Origin: Dendrobates tinctorius
Taxonomy: Eukaryota
Length of the DNA stretch: 64,000 nt
Direction of reading: 5' to 3'
Assembly (NCBI RefSeq): GCF_039654945.1
Contig: NW_027361696.1
Span: 89,652,001 to 89,716,000 of the forward strand
Below the pieces are notes generated by a model, which did no database searches, was not told the origin of the DNA, and saw nothing but the letters and a program-made list of their open reading frames with translations. A program made the translations under genes and the position numbers. Below are positions 60,588-64,000 of the stretch, in pieces (the first letter of the stretch is position 1; every line of letters starts with the position of its first letter).

Positions 60588-61985
60588 TAATACTCAGCCA
60601 ATCCCTGGCTGGCCAAGATTTTTGCCAACAAGCTGTACACTATGTAAAATAAAAGCTCTCATTGCAGGAGAATAAAAGCACATGGGAAAAACAAGAAATC
60701 ACAATCTTATCTCTTTTCATGCATTCTAACAAACTAAAGCAATTTAATAACATGAGATCACCCCTTTAAGGGTTAGAAAGGTGACATTATTTTGTTGGTA
60801 GAGATTGTTTCATTTCAACTTTGCACGATTGTAGACAGTATGGAGACTTTAAGCATTAATTGAATAAATTCTAGCCACAATCATGGTAGCAAGAAAACTC
60901 ATGAAGTCCTAATGTTATCTAACTTGCCACTATATAGTCAAATTATTGCACCTATTTATGCACTAAGTATTAGTTTTTTCTTTTTTTCTAAAATATTCCC
61001 TATTACAAGATGGTCGTAACAGCTGTGTTTTCAAAATATATAATATTTCAGCAAAATCATGACATTATGCAAATGTACTATGCTAACATATGTTTGAAGT
61101 ATCCAGCATCATCATAACAACAGGCAGATTTATTATGCCACTGTATGTATATACATGCGACACTGCAGTACCATAAAACCAACAAACAATCGCAATGTGG
61201 TAATTTATGCAAAACATGCATCAAGGCGACATGCGGTCTCATGATAAGTCATTGTTACTTCTCATGCCAGCAGTCATCTTATTCTATCACTGCATGTACG
61301 GTGCATTTCCATTCTATAATTATCTGATTTATAATATGTCTGTCACATGTCCAAAGCATGCAAAAATCTCACTATGATACCTCAGGCAAAGCATGCCATA
61401 TTGCAGCAGCATTACAAAATGCAGGTACCTTGCATGTAAATGTCTTTATGTAACGTTACAAATCTATTTTACCTCTGCTTGCTCATGCATCATTTTTTTC
61501 TGTCATTTTTTTAAAAGGGTTGTCCATTTCATATTTTTTATTAAAAACTGTGATGGGGCACATATATATTCCAGGTTTCAAAGTTCATATCAGCAGCCCA
61601 CGTGTGGGCTTTTATTACTTCCATATATGCAAGCAGCTTCTGTAACCCCCACCTCCAACTGTTACATAATAATGAACCACTCCCCCCCCAGTTTACATTC
61701 ACCTATTACCTTAGTACAACATAGGGTATCAGACCTGCCATTATCAATACATCTTAAAGACTGGGCAACTCCCTATAATGATAAACCTACAAAGAGACAC
61801 TGGAGTCCAAATGCCCCAGAAATATATATACAAAAATCTCTCTTTCTCATGAAAATGTTATTTTATTAGAAATTACATATAGTATAGTACAAACACAATA
61901 AAAAATGAGTGTATTATCCCAGGTGGTAAGACACAGGAGGAATGCATCAGGAGTTTTAGCGGGGTCCTGATGCACCTCACTAACG

Positions 61986-62021
61986 CCCGACGAGTTTCGC
62001 CCAGCAGGGCTTCCTCGGAGG
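61986..62021 (-). ncRNA. Minimal type I hammerhead ribozyme-like motif
   Basis: Minus strand reads CCU-CCGAGGA-A-GCCC-UGCU-GGGC-GAAA-CUCG-UC-GGG. Confidence 0.7.
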
Positions 62022-62815
62022 GGTTGTGTGGCGACTGTTTCCAGCATCTGCATCCTTTATATGGGGGCAAGAATTGAGGAGGAACATGCCATCTTTCAAA
62101 CCCGCGCATGCGCAGAAGGACCCGAAAGTCCCGACACACCACTTCCGGCTATCTCGGAGCTTGGTGCACATCAGCGTGATGGTCGTTGCCATAGTCATGC
62201 GGATATGCAGCGGGGCCGTGCAGATGCCTTCAGAGGCGCGGCAGGCAGGGCACCACCTCACATGCGGGGGAATGACCTCACCATGAATATGAAGGTTACG
62301 CCAGCACTTATTATGATCACATATATAAAGCGGCCACAAGGATCAGAGGGAGTGAATTTTAAATATATCACCAATTGGTGATTAACCCTCCGAACCCCAA
62401 CCAAACTGCACAGATATGAATCAGCATTATATAGAGATATAATAAATATATAGTGATCAATTTTTAACCTCATAAATAGAGGAGATGACAACTCATATGC
62501 AGTGTAAAAGCAATACATGCATAGTGTAGATCTGTAAAGTTATTTATACAATAAACAAAAACAAGAACAAAATCATAATAAAAACATACAATTCTACACA
62601 ATACAGTGCTGAACACATTAATAGACTTTAGTCAATAAATGGCTTTCAAAGCTGTATCAAGGATCCTCCACAATCATTGATTCCCAAGATAATGCAGTTA
62701 AGGCCATACATCCAAGTGTCAAAGGATCAAAACCTCATTGGAGCAACTAAATAAACAAACATAAAACAAATTAAAAACAAGCATACAAATGGAAATTAAA
62801 AGCGAGGACTGAGGA

Positions 62816-63550
62816 CTATTCGAGAAAAGGTGTAAAAGATAGTTGCTCATTAAGCCCCATTGGGGACATCGTACCCAGAGTCACTATCCACCGGCATTCC
62901 AATTGTGCCAATGCTCTTTTATAATTTCCACCTCTGACTCCACAGTGGTTTCTATCTATACCTCGAACTGACAAACCAGCCGGGTTTGAGCCATGGCACA
63001 ATTTGAAATGCCTGGGGATTGTCTTTAGGCATGAAATATCAGTCGAGTCCTTTGCCGCCAATATGTCCCTCACGTGATTGCGTGTCCGAATGCGAAGTTC
63101 TCGAGATGTTAAACCCACATATATCAATTTGCACGGGCATAGTGCATAATAGATTACAAATCTTGTACTGCAGGATATGAAGGACAATATTTGGTATTCG
63201 TTCTTACCATCAGCTGATGGAAATGAGGTTGCACGACAGATATTTGTACATGCTCGACACAAGCCACACGGGAAACAGCCCCAACTCTTTTTTGTCTGAG
63301 ACCTCAAAAAATCCCTTGAGAGGGCTGCCACATAGTGGCTTCTAATCAAAAGATCTTTAAGGTTCCTACCCCTTCTCGCTGTCATTAACGGGTGTGGCGG
63401 AAGAACCCGATTTAGGGATGGGTCAGTCTGGACTACTGACCAGTGTTTCTGCAAGATTAAAGGATGCAGATCCTGGAAACATGAAATGCATCGGGCGTTA
63501 GTGAGGCGAATCAGGACCCCACATGGGTGAGAAATTTTGTACTTTAGCAT
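62816..63550 (-). CDS. Penelope GIY-YIG endonuclease (C-terminal fragment of the element ORF)
   Basis: CFPCGLCRAC linker, FVIYYALCPCKLIYVGLTSR (GIY-YIG), RNH, HF..CH, E..WI..L.T..P.GLN. The RT domain is absent. Confidence 0.85.
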   Translation of the reverse strand: MLKYKISHPCGVLIRLTNARCISCFQDLHPLILQKHWSVVQTDPSLNRVLPPHPLMTARRGRNLKDLLIRSHYVAALSRDFLRSQTKKSWGCFPCGLCRACTNICRATSFPSADGKNEYQILSFISCSTRFVIYYALCPCKLIYVGLTSRELRIRTRNHVRDILAAKDSTDISCLKTIPRHFKLCHGSNPAGLSVRGIDRNHCGVRGGNYKRALAQLECRWIVTLGTMSPMGLNEQLSFTPFLE

Positions 63551-64000
63551 TTTTTACTTTGAGACTTTGGGTAGTGTTTGCTCTGGCTCAGTAATGGTAC
63601 AGGGACACCTCTCTTTATATCCTCTTTCAGTCAGTCCCCCTCGACACTAACTATTGCTGAGGGATTCGTGTGGACTATCTGGTTGTCTATAATTATAGGG
63701 TTACATATGTGACGTCTAGCAGCCTTTATTTGGGATATTTTGGATGGTTTGTCCAGCAATTTTTGATATATTCTGTAAAACCTACCATTTTGTAATAATG
63801 TAACTAATATCTGCTATACTAAAACTCCTGATGCATTCCTCCTGTGTCTTATCACCTGGGATAAAGTACCGGTGTCCTGAGCAGGCAGGGACACCGGCGC
63901 ACTATGGGACCAGGTGCCGGTATCCACTTGCTCAGGGCCCTGGCACCTGTGATATTCACTTGTCCCTGTTCCACTGCTGTGCGCCGCTGTCTTCTGAGTC

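Larger units (their letters stand above)
61850..63870 (-). mobile_element. 5'-truncated Penelope-like retroelement
   Basis: GIY-YIG ORF, downstream hammerhead, and an inverted ~45-bp duplication at 61914-61957 and 63821-63864. Confidence 0.8.

Overview
Eukaryotic, repeat-saturated DNA. The repeat families resemble those of anuran amphibians (inference). I found no host protein-coding gene. The window is almost entirely nested transposable elements. Retroelements: a decayed Ty3/Gypsy retrotransposon (1-6923) with a -1 frameshift signal and a solo LTR nested in its 3' LTR; several other solo LTRs; a 5'-truncated L2 LINE with partner SINEs; a CR1 tail; and Penelope-like fragments with a GIY-YIG endonuclease and minimal hammerhead ribozymes. 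Tc1/mariner elements: one intact DD34E transposase copy (45709-47313) and a near-identical frameshifted copy that forms a composite unit with captured flanking DNA (28431-32349). Other DNA transposons: two copies of a multi-kb fold-back hAT-type element; a non-autonomous Helitron; and piggyBac-, Kolobok/T2- and Harbinger-type MITEs. An apparently intact autonomous PIF/Harbinger transposon (35159-40675) encodes a 2-exon 410-aa DDE transposase and a convergent 7-exon 726-aa MADF(Myb/SANT)-BESS-like protein. All family assignments come from reading motifs, TIRs and TSDs by eye; no database search was run.
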